A DNA stretch of 35,619 bases from the IMG/VR virus record IMGVR_UViG_3300035698_035306. One strand, 5' to 3'. The notes below the pieces were generated by a model, which had not been told where the DNA came from, made no database searches, and saw nothing but the letters and a program-made list of their open reading frames with translations. The stretch is from an uncultured virus (IMG/VR IMGVR_UViG_3300035698_035306) (Duplodnaviria > Heunggongvirae > Uroviricota > Caudoviricetes). Position 1 is the first letter of the stretch. The number at the start of each line of letters is the position of its first letter. Shown here one piece after another: positions 25,181 through 34,009 of this stretch. The position numbers and the translations under genes are program-made.

Positions 25181-27724
25181 TTATTTCAGATTATGCAGCA
25201 ATTCTTGAAGTTCTTTGCTAGACAGTTTATTTAACTGTTCGTAAATAGTCTTAATGCCAAATGTTTCAAGAGTATTATGAAGATGCCTATACTGTTCATA
25301 ACTGATTTTGTTACCAGGTACAGTCAGTTCACCAGGTAAGATTTCTTGCTTAGAAATAAGTGCAACAATATCATCTTTAATTCCAACTGGTTTTTCATGT
25401 TTCTTACCAAGTATTTCTTGACCAAACTGACATGCATCTTCTACTGCAGTAAGATAATCTTCCATTCTCTCTTCATATTCAGTATCAGATATCTGTTCTT
25501 GACGTACATCTTCAAGTTCCTTTGTAGTAAACTCTTGTAATAATTCGTCTGCTCTCTCGTCAGATAGGTGACCTTTAATATCACCACCTTCAATCTTCAT
25601 TAATAAGTATAGATATTCTCTTTCAGTTTCTCTAGTGTTGGCAGCTTTCTCAAAGCTCTGTTCTTTTACAAACTTAATCTTATCAGCTTTAAGTAAATCA
25701 ATCTCTGTAGTTAAAGCTTGGAAATTACCATCTTCTTTACATTTCTTATAAACTTCTTCAGCTTCTTTGATAACAGTAAAGTCCATCATAGTTCCAGTTA
25801 CTTTAGTGGCTTCTGATAAAACTTTATTATAGTCTGGTACAAAAGTCTTGAGAAACATTTCGATATGTTCACCTGCTTTATTCATTTCAGATTGCCATTG
25901 CTTCATATGTTCATCAATTGGAGTACCTAATTCATGCTTAAGTAGATTAAGATGTTCAGGAAGCTTTTCAATATTCTTACTGTCAATTGTTTCTGCAGTA
26001 GATTCTTTCATTGCATCAACTGCGTAAGCAGGTTCAATTGCAATTTTAAGTCTCTGTGATATTACTTGACCACCGTCAGTAATCTTCAAATCTTCTTGAT
26101 ATTCCGCTAATATTTGACTAGCTATATCAGTTACGTAACGCTTGTACTCACTGTACTGGTCAGGATGTCCATATAACTCATAAACGATTCTTTGTGCGTT
26201 TCTGCCAGTGATGCTCTCAACATAATCTACAATTTCAGTAGTGTCCATGTCAATAAATTCAATCTTCTCAGCTGCTTGAGCAATCTTATCAACTCCTTTA
26301 TGAAAGTCGAATAACGTTGATTTTGCAGTGAAGATAAGACTTAATTTATATTCATCGTAATCTTCAATTTGTGGCATGTTTTTCTTGATATCAATATTTG
26401 TGATATCTTTAACATATTTTGTGATTTCTTTTGTCGTAGCTGTATCAAATCCAGCCATATGTTCAGCATATTGACTTTGAGTTTCAAACATATATGCTTC
26501 GATAATATCATTAGAAAGCTTGATAAAGTTTGTTTTGTATATGCTGTAATCAGGTTCAAAGTCCCAGTCGTTAGCAATAAGTTTAGGGTCAATGCCAGTT
26601 GTCTCAAGAACATAATCTGCAATTTCAATTGTACTCATTTCATTGAAGTTAACAATTTCTTTTTCTATTGCAATAGTACCAGTTTCTTCTGGAAGCTTAT
26701 CGGCTATACCTTCTGCATAGAACTTGTTTAAAATGCCCTGGGCAGTCTTAATATAGTTTTGTTTGTATTCCACATAGTCAGCAATATAAGCTTTCATAGA
26801 ACTGTCCATTGCTGGGTCAGTACCTGTAAGACCTATAACGTATTCGCCAATTTCAGTACAATTACGGTTCTCAAAATTTGGAATAGCAGGATGAACTTCA
26901 CTCTCAGAGTTTTGAACTTCCTTGTAAGCATCACGCTTATCATAGTAATTGTTCAATTGTTCTTTAGCTAAAAGAATATATTTAATCTTCCATTGATTGT
27001 AACTAGTAACCCAAACGTTCTCAGTATTGTCAATTTGAAGAATATCAATTCCTGTTTCTTCAAATACATAATTTGTAATTTTACGTTCATTCCAAGCAGA
27101 CATATCTGGAATATTTCTTTCGTTGTCTTTAATCATATTATCTAACATTCTTTTCGCTGGTCCTGGTTGTTTACATGTTACTGACGGTGACATTTCAGTT
27201 CCAATTTCCTTTTTTATCATGCATTCTTTAGATGTTTCATCTTCATTTCGGAAAACTCTACCTGCTGCCTGTTCCTCATCTACATGACCTTTCTCAGCTT
27301 CAATTACTACTTCTTCCTTAGATTGTGACTCAAAATGCTCTAGGCATTCCATAGCAGTCTTAAGCATTGCTCGCTTATACTCATCTTTGTCTTCGATGTA
27401 TCTGTCTAGTTTAATCCAAACACCTGTCATTTCTGATACTGCTTGCTGGATTTCTTTAACAGACATATCTTCAAATTTAGGTGGGACATTCATTCCACTG
27501 AGCTTCACTACGACACTTGCGTCATATTTAATACTTTCACCCCCTTGTGTAACCGCTGGTTTTACCATTGGTTCATCAAATATCTCTGCAAATTCGTTAA
27601 TGACTTTTGCTTCTTCTTCGTTAGCTAACTCATCAGGAGCTACCTTTGAATTTTTCATTGCTATAAAGTAGATGCCTACTGAAAGTGCTATACTACCTAA
27701 AATTACATACCAATACCATTCCAT
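25181..27724 (-). CDS. membrane-anchored repeat protein with six ~55-aa helical repeats and a UvrB/C (UVR)-like motif
   Basis: N-terminal TM helix; repeats F..M...EI..YV...TG.D...Y..YK...I..A...L..F/Y; KEQSFEKAANTRE. Confidence 0.85.
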   Translation of the reverse strand: MEWYWYVILGSIALSVGIYFIAMKNSKVAPDELANEEEAKVINEFAEIFDEPMVKPAVTQGGESIKYDASVVVKLSGMNVPPKFEDMSVKEIQQAVSEMTGVWIKLDRYIEDKDEYKRAMLKTAMECLEHFESQSKEEVVIEAEKGHVDEEQAAGRVFRNEDETSKECMIKKEIGTEMSPSVTCKQPGPAKRMLDNMIKDNERNIPDMSAWNERKITNYVFEETGIDILQIDNTENVWVTSYNQWKIKYILLAKEQLNNYYDKRDAYKEVQNSESEVHPAIPNFENRNCTEIGEYVIGLTGTDPAMDSSMKAYIADYVEYKQNYIKTAQGILNKFYAEGIADKLPEETGTIAIEKEIVNFNEMSTIEIADYVLETTGIDPKLIANDWDFEPDYSIYKTNFIKLSNDIIEAYMFETQSQYAEHMAGFDTATTKEITKYVKDITNIDIKKNMPQIEDYDEYKLSLIFTAKSTLFDFHKGVDKIAQAAEKIEFIDMDTTEIVDYVESITGRNAQRIVYELYGHPDQYSEYKRYVTDIASQILAEYQEDLKITDGGQVISQRLKIAIEPAYAVDAMKESTAETIDSKNIEKLPEHLNLLKHELGTPIDEHMKQWQSEMNKAGEHIEMFLKTFVPDYNKVLSEATKVTGTMMDFTVIKEAEEVYKKCKEDGNFQALTTEIDLLKADKIKFVKEQSFEKAANTRETEREYLYLLMKIEGGDIKGHLSDERADELLQEFTTKELEDVRQEQISDTEYEERMEDYLTAVEDACQFGQEILGKKHEKPVGIKDDIVALISKQEILPGELTVPGNKISYEQYRHLHNTLETFGIKTIYEQLNKLSSKELQELLHNLK

Positions 27725-27776
27725 AATTCTTATTTATTTTAGTTATTATACTCTGATTTGTTAAAAAGTTTACGGT

Positions 27777-27809
27777 CAAATGTAAGTATTTTAACCGCAA
27801 ATTAAAAGT
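27777..27809 (-). promoter_or_regulatory. repeated promoter, TTGCG subtype, with a perfect Bacteroidota -7 box
   Basis: ACTTTTA - TTGCGG - TACATTTG (TAnnTTTG). Confidence 0.7.
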
Positions 27810-27811
27810 TT

Positions 27812-28165
27812 TTATGAGTTTATCTGTTCGTTATATTTTTCTAGAAAATCTGAAACTTCCATTTCGATTGGGTCAGACTTTGGTGTGATTACTATGAGGA
27901 AGTTCTTATCATTATCAATACGAAAATCTTCTTCTTCAAATCTACGAACTAAAGGCGCCGGTCTCAAATAAGTATATTTGCTACCGAAAGCAACTTTCTT
28001 TTTTGTACGTTTATCAATTGCATGATATGTACAATTAGCAGAAAATTTATCAGGCTGATTGTCTTCGTTGATAATTGATTCTACGTTAGATTTATTGATA
28101 GTGTTCCAGAGACTTTCTGGAACACCTATTTCTTTCAATAATTTGATATAAGTTGAGTCTTTCAT
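27812..28165 (-). CDS. hypothetical protein
   Basis: 117 aa. Confidence 0.7.
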   Translation of the reverse strand: MKDSTYIKLLKEIGVPESLWNTINKSNVESIINEDNQPDKFSANCTYHAIDKRTKKKVAFGSKYTYLRPAPLVRRFEEEDFRIDNDKNFLIVITPKSDPIEMEVSDFLEKYNEQINS

Positions 28166-28170
28166 GTTTT

Positions 28171-28569
28171 TTATTTTGTCATTCCAGCTTTTACCATTGA
28201 AGAAGAGATTTTGTAACCTTTATTGTCTCTTGTTCTTGTGCAAGTGATTGAATTTCTTGAACGTGGCTTAATTCCAGTGATTTTAAATTCTTCGCCATTG
28301 ATAATCGTTTTCTTACCAAAATCCGATTTCTTCATATCATGAAACATACAATGCTTGTTCCACAAGGTTTTTGCAACAACATCTACACCTCTTTTAGTAT
28401 CTCCTGCTACTGCAGCAGTCATTTTAGCTGTGAATGTCTCATCATTAAAGCGCATATTACCTACTGAGATTGCAACACCAAGTTCTTTTTGAATTTCATC
28501 AAGTTTTACTTGTAATGCTTTTCTTACGTCTTCTAAGTTTGCTCTGTTGAATGATTTAATTTTTGTCAT
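28171..28569 (-). CDS. hypothetical phage protein
   Basis: 132 aa directly after a promoter copy. Confidence 0.8.
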   Translation of the reverse strand: MTKIKSFNRANLEDVRKALQVKLDEIQKELGVAISVGNMRFNDETFTAKMTAAVAGDTKRGVDVVAKTLWNKHCMFHDMKKSDFGKKTIINGEEFKITGIKPRSRNSITCTRTRDNKGYKISSSMVKAGMTK

Positions 28570-28595
28570 GATATAAATTTTTAAAGTGTTAATGA

Positions 28596-28640
28596 TTAAT
28601 TACAAGTCTAAAGTAAGAATAATTCCTCAGAATCCAAAGT
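28596..28640 (-). promoter_or_regulatory. repeated early-type promoter
   Basis: ACTTTGG - CTGAG - TACTTTAG - TGTAATTAA. Confidence 0.8.
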
Positions 28641-28661
28641 ATTCCTCAGAAATAACTCAAA

Positions 28662-28964
28662 TTAATTCCACTTTTTTCGCCAATGTCTTTTTCTATAGTT
28701 CCACAATGAAGTGTCATGCTGTCTTGCTTCAACTTCTAATGGCATACCTTCATATCCAATAAAAACCAACTGAACGAAATATCTTATTAAGTATAACAAT
28801 AAGCCCATTCTCCTAATCTGTCTCAGGTGAACCAATTCATGCTTAATCAGATTGATGTCATCTTTATAAGTCTCTTTTATTATCACACCGACCCAGGGCA
28901 ATGCTATGCCTCGGAATATCGGTAGATAATTGGATTTGATATAATGTATTTTTGCAACTTTCAT
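28662..28964 (-). CDS. small HExxH zincin-like protein
   Basis: LIKHELVHLRQ ... PLEVEAR. Confidence 0.8.
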   Translation of the reverse strand: MKVAKIHYIKSNYLPIFRGIALPWVGVIIKETYKDDINLIKHELVHLRQIRRMGLLLYLIRYFVQLVFIGYEGMPLEVEARQHDTSLWNYRKRHWRKKWN

Positions 28965-29789
28965 TTATGCTAAATGTTTAGTTGCTATTGAGTCGCCTGT
29001 TGCTACTCCTCTTGCCATGCTTGCATTTAAACCAGCTTCTTTACCTTGTTCGTATGCTGCACCATTTACTTTTGTTTTTCTATTACCGAAGTTACCAAGG
29101 TTTGAATAGTTCTCATCAACAAATCTTGTTAATTGAGCATCAGTAACTCTTACAAGTGCACCAACTTTATCACCATATGTTTCTTCAGCTTTGGTCATTT
29201 CAGCTTCTAATTTTTCGTGAATACCAAGTACTGCACCTAAGAAAAATGATTTGTAATATGCTGCTCTGTTTGAAACTGACTTGATGTATTTCCAAGGTTT
29301 TGAAAGAACTTCAGGGTGTAACATAGCTACTGGATGGTTTGCAAGTGCTTCTTTTGTTTCAACCATATAAGCTTTCCAGGCCTTCTTAGCAACTGTTTCT
29401 AGCTGTCCTTTAAGTATCTCATATAGAAATATAACTACTTCTACATTCTCTTTCTTACCAATGATAGTAACTGACATTTCTTTTTCTCTGCCATAAGATG
29501 TAAATATGTCTTTACAGAAATTATAATGGCAAATAACTCCAAGTAACTTAGATGTCCAACGGCCCATTTTCTTACTCACTACTAAGCCATTTTCTTTATT
29601 CTCAATGATTGGGTCATCTTCACCGAACTCAATATCGATTTTCTCAAGATTATACTTCATAAGAAGTTCATTAACCTTTGCAGAAAAAGCAGCTGCTTCT
29701 GCTATGTTACCAATTTCTTTGGCTGAATCAGCTTTTGCTAATAGTTTTTGTATTTTATCTTTGATGTTATCTAATTCAGTTGTTGTCAT
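28965..29789 (-). CDS. DUF2786-domain protein
   Basis: KIQKLLAKA.....EAAA....ELLMKYNL; SFFLGAV.GI; AYEQGKEAG. Confidence 0.85.
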   Translation of the reverse strand: MTTTELDNIKDKIQKLLAKADSAKEIGNIAEAAAFSAKVNELLMKYNLEKIDIEFGEDDPIIENKENGLVVSKKMGRWTSKLLGVICHYNFCKDIFTSYGREKEMSVTIIGKKENVEVVIFLYEILKGQLETVAKKAWKAYMVETKEALANHPVAMLHPEVLSKPWKYIKSVSNRAAYYKSFFLGAVLGIHEKLEAEMTKAEETYGDKVGALVRVTDAQLTRFVDENYSNLGNFGNRKTKVNGAAYEQGKEAGLNASMARGVATGDSIATKHLA

Positions 29790-29800
29790 GTTATATTCTT

Positions 29801-29845
29801 TTAATTACAGGTCTAAAGTACTAATTAATACTCAGAACCCAAAGT
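29801..29845 (-). promoter_or_regulatory. repeated early-type promoter
   Basis: ACTTTGG - CTGAG - TACTTTAG - TGTAATTAA. Confidence 0.8.
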
Positions 29846-29855
29846 AAATCTCAGC

Positions 29856-30068
29856 TTATTTTGACCATTTATATTCTACTGTTGGCTCATCTGTTATTTT
29901 ACAGTCTTTTTTAGGGACAGTAGTTACAAAACTATACTCAGTACTTGAATGTAGTACGTAAGTAGATGAAGTTTCTTTAAATATCTTAAAGACTTTACCT
30001 ATCATTGAACTGTAATCAACTTTAACGCCTTGGTTTTTGTTTCTGTATACTTTAATATTTTTTGACAT
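29856..30068 (-). CDS. hypothetical protein
   Basis: 70 aa. Confidence 0.65.
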   Translation of the reverse strand: MSKNIKVYRNKNQGVKVDYSSMIGKVFKIFKETSSTYVLHSSTEYSFVTTVPKKDCKITDEPTVEYKWSK

Positions 30069-30073
30069 ATTTT

Positions 30074-30235
30074 TTATTTTATTAAATGTTCTTCAATTTC
30101 ATTAACTCTTACCATTAATGTTTTACCATTAACTTTTGCAAGTTTAGTCAAATCTTTATCGTGAAATAAAAAGACTTTTTTCTTATCAGTTAAGTCTTCT
30201 GTATAGTAACTCTTATTTTTGTATTGTATTTCCAT
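30074..30235 (-). CDS. small hypothetical protein (below ORF-track cutoff)
   Basis: MEIQYKNKSYYTEDLTDKKKVFLFHDKDLTKLAKVNGKTLMVRVNEIEEHLIK*. Confidence 0.6.
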   Translation of the reverse strand: MEIQYKNKSYYTEDLTDKKKVFLFHDKDLTKLAKVNGKTLMVRVNEIEEHLIK

Positions 30236-30236
30236 T

Positions 30237-30446
30237 TTATAAATAGTGTGAAAAATGTTTAGTTCTTCCTAAATTAACAATGTGATTTTTCTTACAAGAT
30301 TTGCAATAAATTTCTTCACCATTTTTAGGTTTATTTTGAAGTATTACTAATTCTCTTGATGTTGGACACCCAAAACGATAACTGCCAATACCCATTTTAT
30401 TTACTGATACTTCTTCTAATTTTTGTTTTTTAACTTTCGTAGCCAT
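30237..30446 (-). CDS. small zinc-ribbon-like protein
   Basis: start MATKVKK at 30446, downstream of the promoter; GCP...CKSC..H. Confidence 0.65.
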   Translation of the reverse strand: MATKVKKQKLEEVSVNKMGIGSYRFGCPTSRELVILQNKPKNGEEIYCKSCKKNHIVNLGRTKHFSHYL

Positions 30447-30456
30447 TTTTATCTTT

Positions 30457-30501
30457 TTAATTATAATACTAAAGTACCAATAATATCTCAGAAGCCAAAG
30501 T
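30457..30501 (-). promoter_or_regulatory. repeated early-type promoter
   Basis: ACTTTGG - CTGAG - TACTTTAG - TATAATTAA. Confidence 0.8.
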
Positions 30502-30528
30502 CTTTTCTGAAAAACTCTCAAATTTTAT

Positions 30529-30582
30529 TTATATACTGTAGAGTGAATAAATGATGCTTATATACTGTAGAGTGAATAAATG
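30529..30582. repeat. tandem direct repeat, 2 x 25 bp, period 29
   Basis: ttatatactgtagagtgaataaatg at 30529 and 30558. Confidence 0.95.
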
Positions 30583-30592
30583 TTCAGACATT

Positions 30593-30624
30593 AAAAAGCC
30601 AAGAGCATGACGTCTCTTGGCTTT
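30593..30624 (-). terminator. intrinsic terminator after the GIY-YIG gene
   Basis: aaagccaagag / ctcttggcttt stem with a U-run on the - strand. Confidence 0.8.
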
Positions 30625-30655
30625 AGTGTAATTAATCAATCATTAAAACTTGTTC

Positions 30656-31366
30656 TTATCTTAATCTTCTCCGTTCTCTTTTTTGTTCATTTTTTCGTAT
30701 TCTAGCTTCTTCAGGAGTATAAATTGCAACTTTACCACTTTTCTTATTTAGATATACTAAACTTGTTTTTCTTGTTTCTAATACTTTATTGCGATAATCA
30801 GAATTTTCCCAAAGTATTTTAACAGAATTTGAAATTGATTTTCTTGATTTTTCAGTTTGTTTATAATTATCTCGTTCTTTACGTAATGCAACTCTTCTCT
30901 TTACATCTTCAGGTTTAATAGCCGCTTTCATTATTTCAGACTGTTGTTTTCTTTTTTCTTTAGTCCAAATTTTAGAATGGGAATTTTTTGATTTTACCTT
31001 TGATTCAAACCTATGTTTATAACCTGATATACCGTCACCACCTTTAGTTAAATTAGTTAAATTAAATTGTTTCGAAAGAATATTTATAAATTCAATTTCT
31101 TTATTAAAAGCATCTTGTTCTAATAAATCTTCTTTTATTTTAATTATTATAGGTTCTAAACCTGCTTTAAGAATTGAACGAATCTTTCGATATTTGTATT
31201 TATTTTTGCAATCTTTACCATTTTTAGCTGCAAGTAAATGTAAATTATATCTTCGGCCTTTCCCCTTACCTACATAAAAAGGTTCAAATTGTAATTGAAA
31301 CCCATCTAAATTATTTGAACATTTTTTCCTTGGGTCTAAATAAACATAAACATAATAATTAAACAT
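30656..31366 (-). mobile_element. free-standing GIY-YIG homing endonuclease with NUMOD3-like DNA-binding tail
   Basis: YYVYVYLDPR...FYVGKG...R, AF.KE..FI, LTNLTKGGDGISGYKH; basic C-terminal repeats. Confidence 0.85.
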
Positions 31367-31367
31367 A

Positions 31368-31398
31368 GTCTTACTTTTATTTTATATATCAGTAAGAC
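31368..31398 (-). promoter_or_regulatory. translation-repressing hairpin with a late-promoter-like motif in its loop
   Basis: GTCTTACT-GATATATAAAATAAA-AGTAAGAC-T-ATG. Confidence 0.65.
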
Positions 31399-31414
31399 CA
31401 TGATAAATATCCCA

Positions 31415-32557
31415 TTACCTTAATTTATAATTGTTAAACGGGGATGAAACGAGATTTTCCATATCATATACCTTCTTCGCGAATAATTGTCCAGCAAACA
31501 TTTGAAGTTGCATTCTTTGGTAATCATCAACGTTGAAACCATTATCATGAGATGCAAAATGAGTTACTGATTGTATGATATCCCAGACTGAAGTTCCAGT
31601 TTTTGCATTTTTCATTTGAGCTGAGTTAAATGCATTTGTATCAATTCCTGCTGCATGAAATTTATTAAGAGTTTCTTGTAAAGGAACCCAACTTTGGATA
31701 TCTTTTACTTCAAAATCTTTACCTAAACTTTTCATTATTGAATGAGTTGCTTTTGACATTTCGTCAAGTGATGCAGGTGAGTGAATTGCTTTAGAAGCTC
31801 TTTCATCAAACTGAGATGGTTTGAAACCGTTCTTCATTAAGCCTTTAAGCTTATTCCAGAAGTTGTTCATACTGTCTTGGTCGATGTTAGTCATATTGAT
31901 GTCATCATCTTCAAAACCTTTAACAATCATACCGTTAGTACATACTAATCTATTTGTGTATGGAGTTACTAAGAAACCATCTTTCATACTGTTAGAGAAT
32001 GATACTCCGCCGATATGTGCTTCATCTTTAACACCTTTGATGTCAAATAAACCGTTAGGATTAGTAGTGTTGATGATAATTTCACCTGTCTTGTCATTAA
32101 CTGCAAAGTCATTAACAATAAGTCTACCTTTATCAACTACTTGGCCTACAGTATCTAAAAAGCCTTTTGAGCTTATTAGTTGTCTATCTTCTTTAAGTAC
32201 ACCAACTATTTTCTTTTCTGCTCTGTTAACAACTAAAGTAATTGTTTGGCCAGAATTTGCTTGTGCAACTGCTTTACGCATGTTGTTTAAGAAATTAACT
32301 GATTTGGTTTGGTCAAATAAATCGCCAACTTTTCTTTGGAAAGTTACAGGTACACCTATAATTTTACAAAATTGATTGAAGGCATGTTCTGACATTTTCA
32401 CAAAATTACCATTCCATTCAATTGTATTCATATCAGCAATTTTAAGTTCTGATATTAAAACAGTTTTACGAATAGGTTGAGCGTTAAGTGCAGCTTGTGC
32501 TTTTTGGTCATATAATCCTTGAGATATACTTTCTAATTTTTTGCTTCTTGTTTCCAT
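31415..32557 (-). CDS. DUF932-like protein
   Basis: AFNQFCKIIGVP, G+SFSNS..G, RLVCTNGM, T.VWD..Q.+TH.A. Confidence 0.75.
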   Translation of the reverse strand: METRSKKLESISQGLYDQKAQAALNAQPIRKTVLISELKIADMNTIEWNGNFVKMSEHAFNQFCKIIGVPVTFQRKVGDLFDQTKSVNFLNNMRKAVAQANSGQTITLVVNRAEKKIVGVLKEDRQLISSKGFLDTVGQVVDKGRLIVNDFAVNDKTGEIIINTTNPNGLFDIKGVKDEAHIGGVSFSNSMKDGFLVTPYTNRLVCTNGMIVKGFEDDDINMTNIDQDSMNNFWNKLKGLMKNGFKPSQFDERASKAIHSPASLDEMSKATHSIMKSLGKDFEVKDIQSWVPLQETLNKFHAAGIDTNAFNSAQMKNAKTGTSVWDIIQSVTHFASHDNGFNVDDYQRMQLQMFAGQLFAKKVYDMENLVSSPFNNYKLR

Positions 32558-32578
32558 GCTTAATTTTTATTTTTGAAT

Positions 32579-32622
32579 TAATTACAAGGTAAATATAACT
32601 ATAATATTCGATTTACCAAAGT
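32579..32622 (-). promoter_or_regulatory. repeated promoter (variant central box)
   Basis: ACTTTGG ... TATATTTA - TGTAATTAA at the conserved spacing. Confidence 0.7.
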
Positions 32623-32643
32623 AGTTTACTGTTTATTCTCGAT

Positions 32644-33657
32644 TTATTCTGCAATTGGTTCTTTTACAGTATCTTGGTTTTCCAAGTTTTGTTCATGTTG
32701 TTCCATCTCATCTTCTGCAGAATTAGTAACAACATCATCGATAAATTTGTTTGTGCCAGTTTCTGCGAACATTGTTTCAAAGTCATCTGATTCAGCTTTC
32801 AACTCATCTGCTTCAGAATTTAACATTTGTCTGTTGTTCTCTTCCATTAAGAAACGACCTGTATCATAAAATACATCATTTGGGTTATCTAATTTGAAAT
32901 ATAACCTTTTATTTACTGGTCCTCTTCTGTTCTTGTTCATTTCTAAGTAAGCTTCACCTGATTTGGTCCATCTCATTTCCATCATACCAGTAGTATTATG
33001 CTTAAGTTTGTTTGAACCAACGAAATTACCACCTTTTGTCACTTGTTGTATCATTAAGAAGGTAGTATATTTCTTCGCGTTGTTGTTACCCATATTATTA
33101 GATATCATTAAATCGATAATCCATTTTTCTGTTGCTGTAGAAGTCATAAATAAAGCTTCTTTTACAGTGTCTTGAATTTCAACGAAACTGTCACCTAATA
33201 CGATATCATAACCTTCTTTTAATTGAGTCTCGATAACCAATTTTGGGTTTTCGTCAAGGTGTTCGTTCATAAAAAGAATATCAATGTCACCGAATTTAGG
33301 GTAACGCTGAACGTATTTATATAAGTCAATTCTGTTCATTTCACCTGAGATGAAAAGTACTTTATGACCTGTTTCTGCTAAGTCTGATATGATGTCTAAT
33401 GTTACTGTTGATTTACCAATTCCTGGGTCACCAATTACAATATAGTTACTTGCACGAGGTACTCCACCATCTTGGTCAAGTATATTATCAATTGCTTTAC
33501 CTGTTTTCATTGGTTGAAAAATGATAGGGTCGAACTCAACATTCTTCATTTTAACAATTCTGTTAGGTTGAGTTAGTTCAGTGGCAACATCAATTTCTTT
33601 TCTTGATTTCTTTTTGCCTCTTGCTGAACGGTTACGTTTTCTATTATCTTCTGCCAT
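32644..33657 (-). CDS. RecA-superfamily ATPase, RadA/Sms-like, lacking the Zn finger and Lon-like domain
   Basis: Walker A GDPGIGKST, FISGEM, Walker B IVLGDS, QVTKGG.FVGSNKLKH, KNRRG. Confidence 0.85.
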   Translation of the reverse strand: MAEDNRKRNRSARGKKKSRKEIDVATELTQPNRIVKMKNVEFDPIIFQPMKTGKAIDNILDQDGGVPRASNYIVIGDPGIGKSTVTLDIISDLAETGHKVLFISGEMNRIDLYKYVQRYPKFGDIDILFMNEHLDENPKLVIETQLKEGYDIVLGDSFVEIQDTVKEALFMTSTATEKWIIDLMISNNMGNNNAKKYTTFLMIQQVTKGGNFVGSNKLKHNTTGMMEMRWTKSGEAYLEMNKNRRGPVNKRLYFKLDNPNDVFYDTGRFLMEENNRQMLNSEADELKAESDDFETMFAETGTNKFIDDVVTNSAEDEMEQHEQNLENQDTVKEPIAE

Positions 33658-33678
33658 GATTAAATTTCTTTATTTTGA

Positions 33679-33723
33679 TTAATTACAAGTTAAAAGTAAC
33701 AAATAATATTGACAACTCAAAGT
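33679..33723 (-). promoter_or_regulatory. repeated promoter (variant central box)
   Basis: ACTTTGA ... TACTTTTA - TGTAATTAA. Confidence 0.7.
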
Positions 33724-33733
33724 CTTTTCTGAG

Positions 33734-33943
33734 TTATTCTGTTATTTCTACAGTTTTTTTGCTAAAGTACTTATCTCTAATGCTAATACAAATAGACATT
33801 AAACCTAAGCCGAAAGCCATAAAACTCATAAATAAACAACCTAATGCATTTGGCACAGGTATGTTTGCTACTAAGCCGTAATATAGTCCAAATATAATGA
33901 TTGCAATAATTAAAAGGGCATTTAAAATTTCTTTACGTTTCAT
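33734..33943 (-). CDS. small two-TM membrane protein
   Basis: two hydrophobic helices. Confidence 0.7.
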   Translation of the reverse strand: MKRKEILNALLIIAIIIFGLYYGLVANIPVPNALGCLFMSFMAFGLGLMSICISIRDKYFSKKTVEITE

Positions 33944-33954
33944 ATTTTTCTATT

Positions 33955-33999
33955 TAAGTTATACATCTAAAGTACTAAAAGTTTCTCAGAATCCAAAGT
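33955..33999 (-). promoter_or_regulatory. repeated early-type promoter
   Basis: ACTTTGG - CTGAG - TACTTTAG. Confidence 0.8.
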
Positions 34000-34009
34000 T
34001 ATTTTCAGA

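Noticed and set aside
26341..26628. Same-strand alternate-frame ORFs (26341..26628 and 19345..19554)
   Set aside because: They are nested in longer coherent genes and have no independent initiation signals or motifs.
30447..30521. N-terminal extension of ORF 30237..30521
   Set aside because: It runs through a promoter copy; the ATG at 30446 is preferred. The 17341-17397 extension of the DUF4326 ORF was dropped likewise, since it overlaps the SLT gene end.
30529..30582. Possible mini-CRISPR array
   Set aside because: Only two repeats with a 4-nt spacer, and no cas genes in the window.
30593..31415. Group I intron around the GIY-YIG gene
   Set aside because: The flanking genes are complete, the spacers are short and hold a terminator and hairpin, and no intron core elements were recognised. 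The endonuclease is free-standing.
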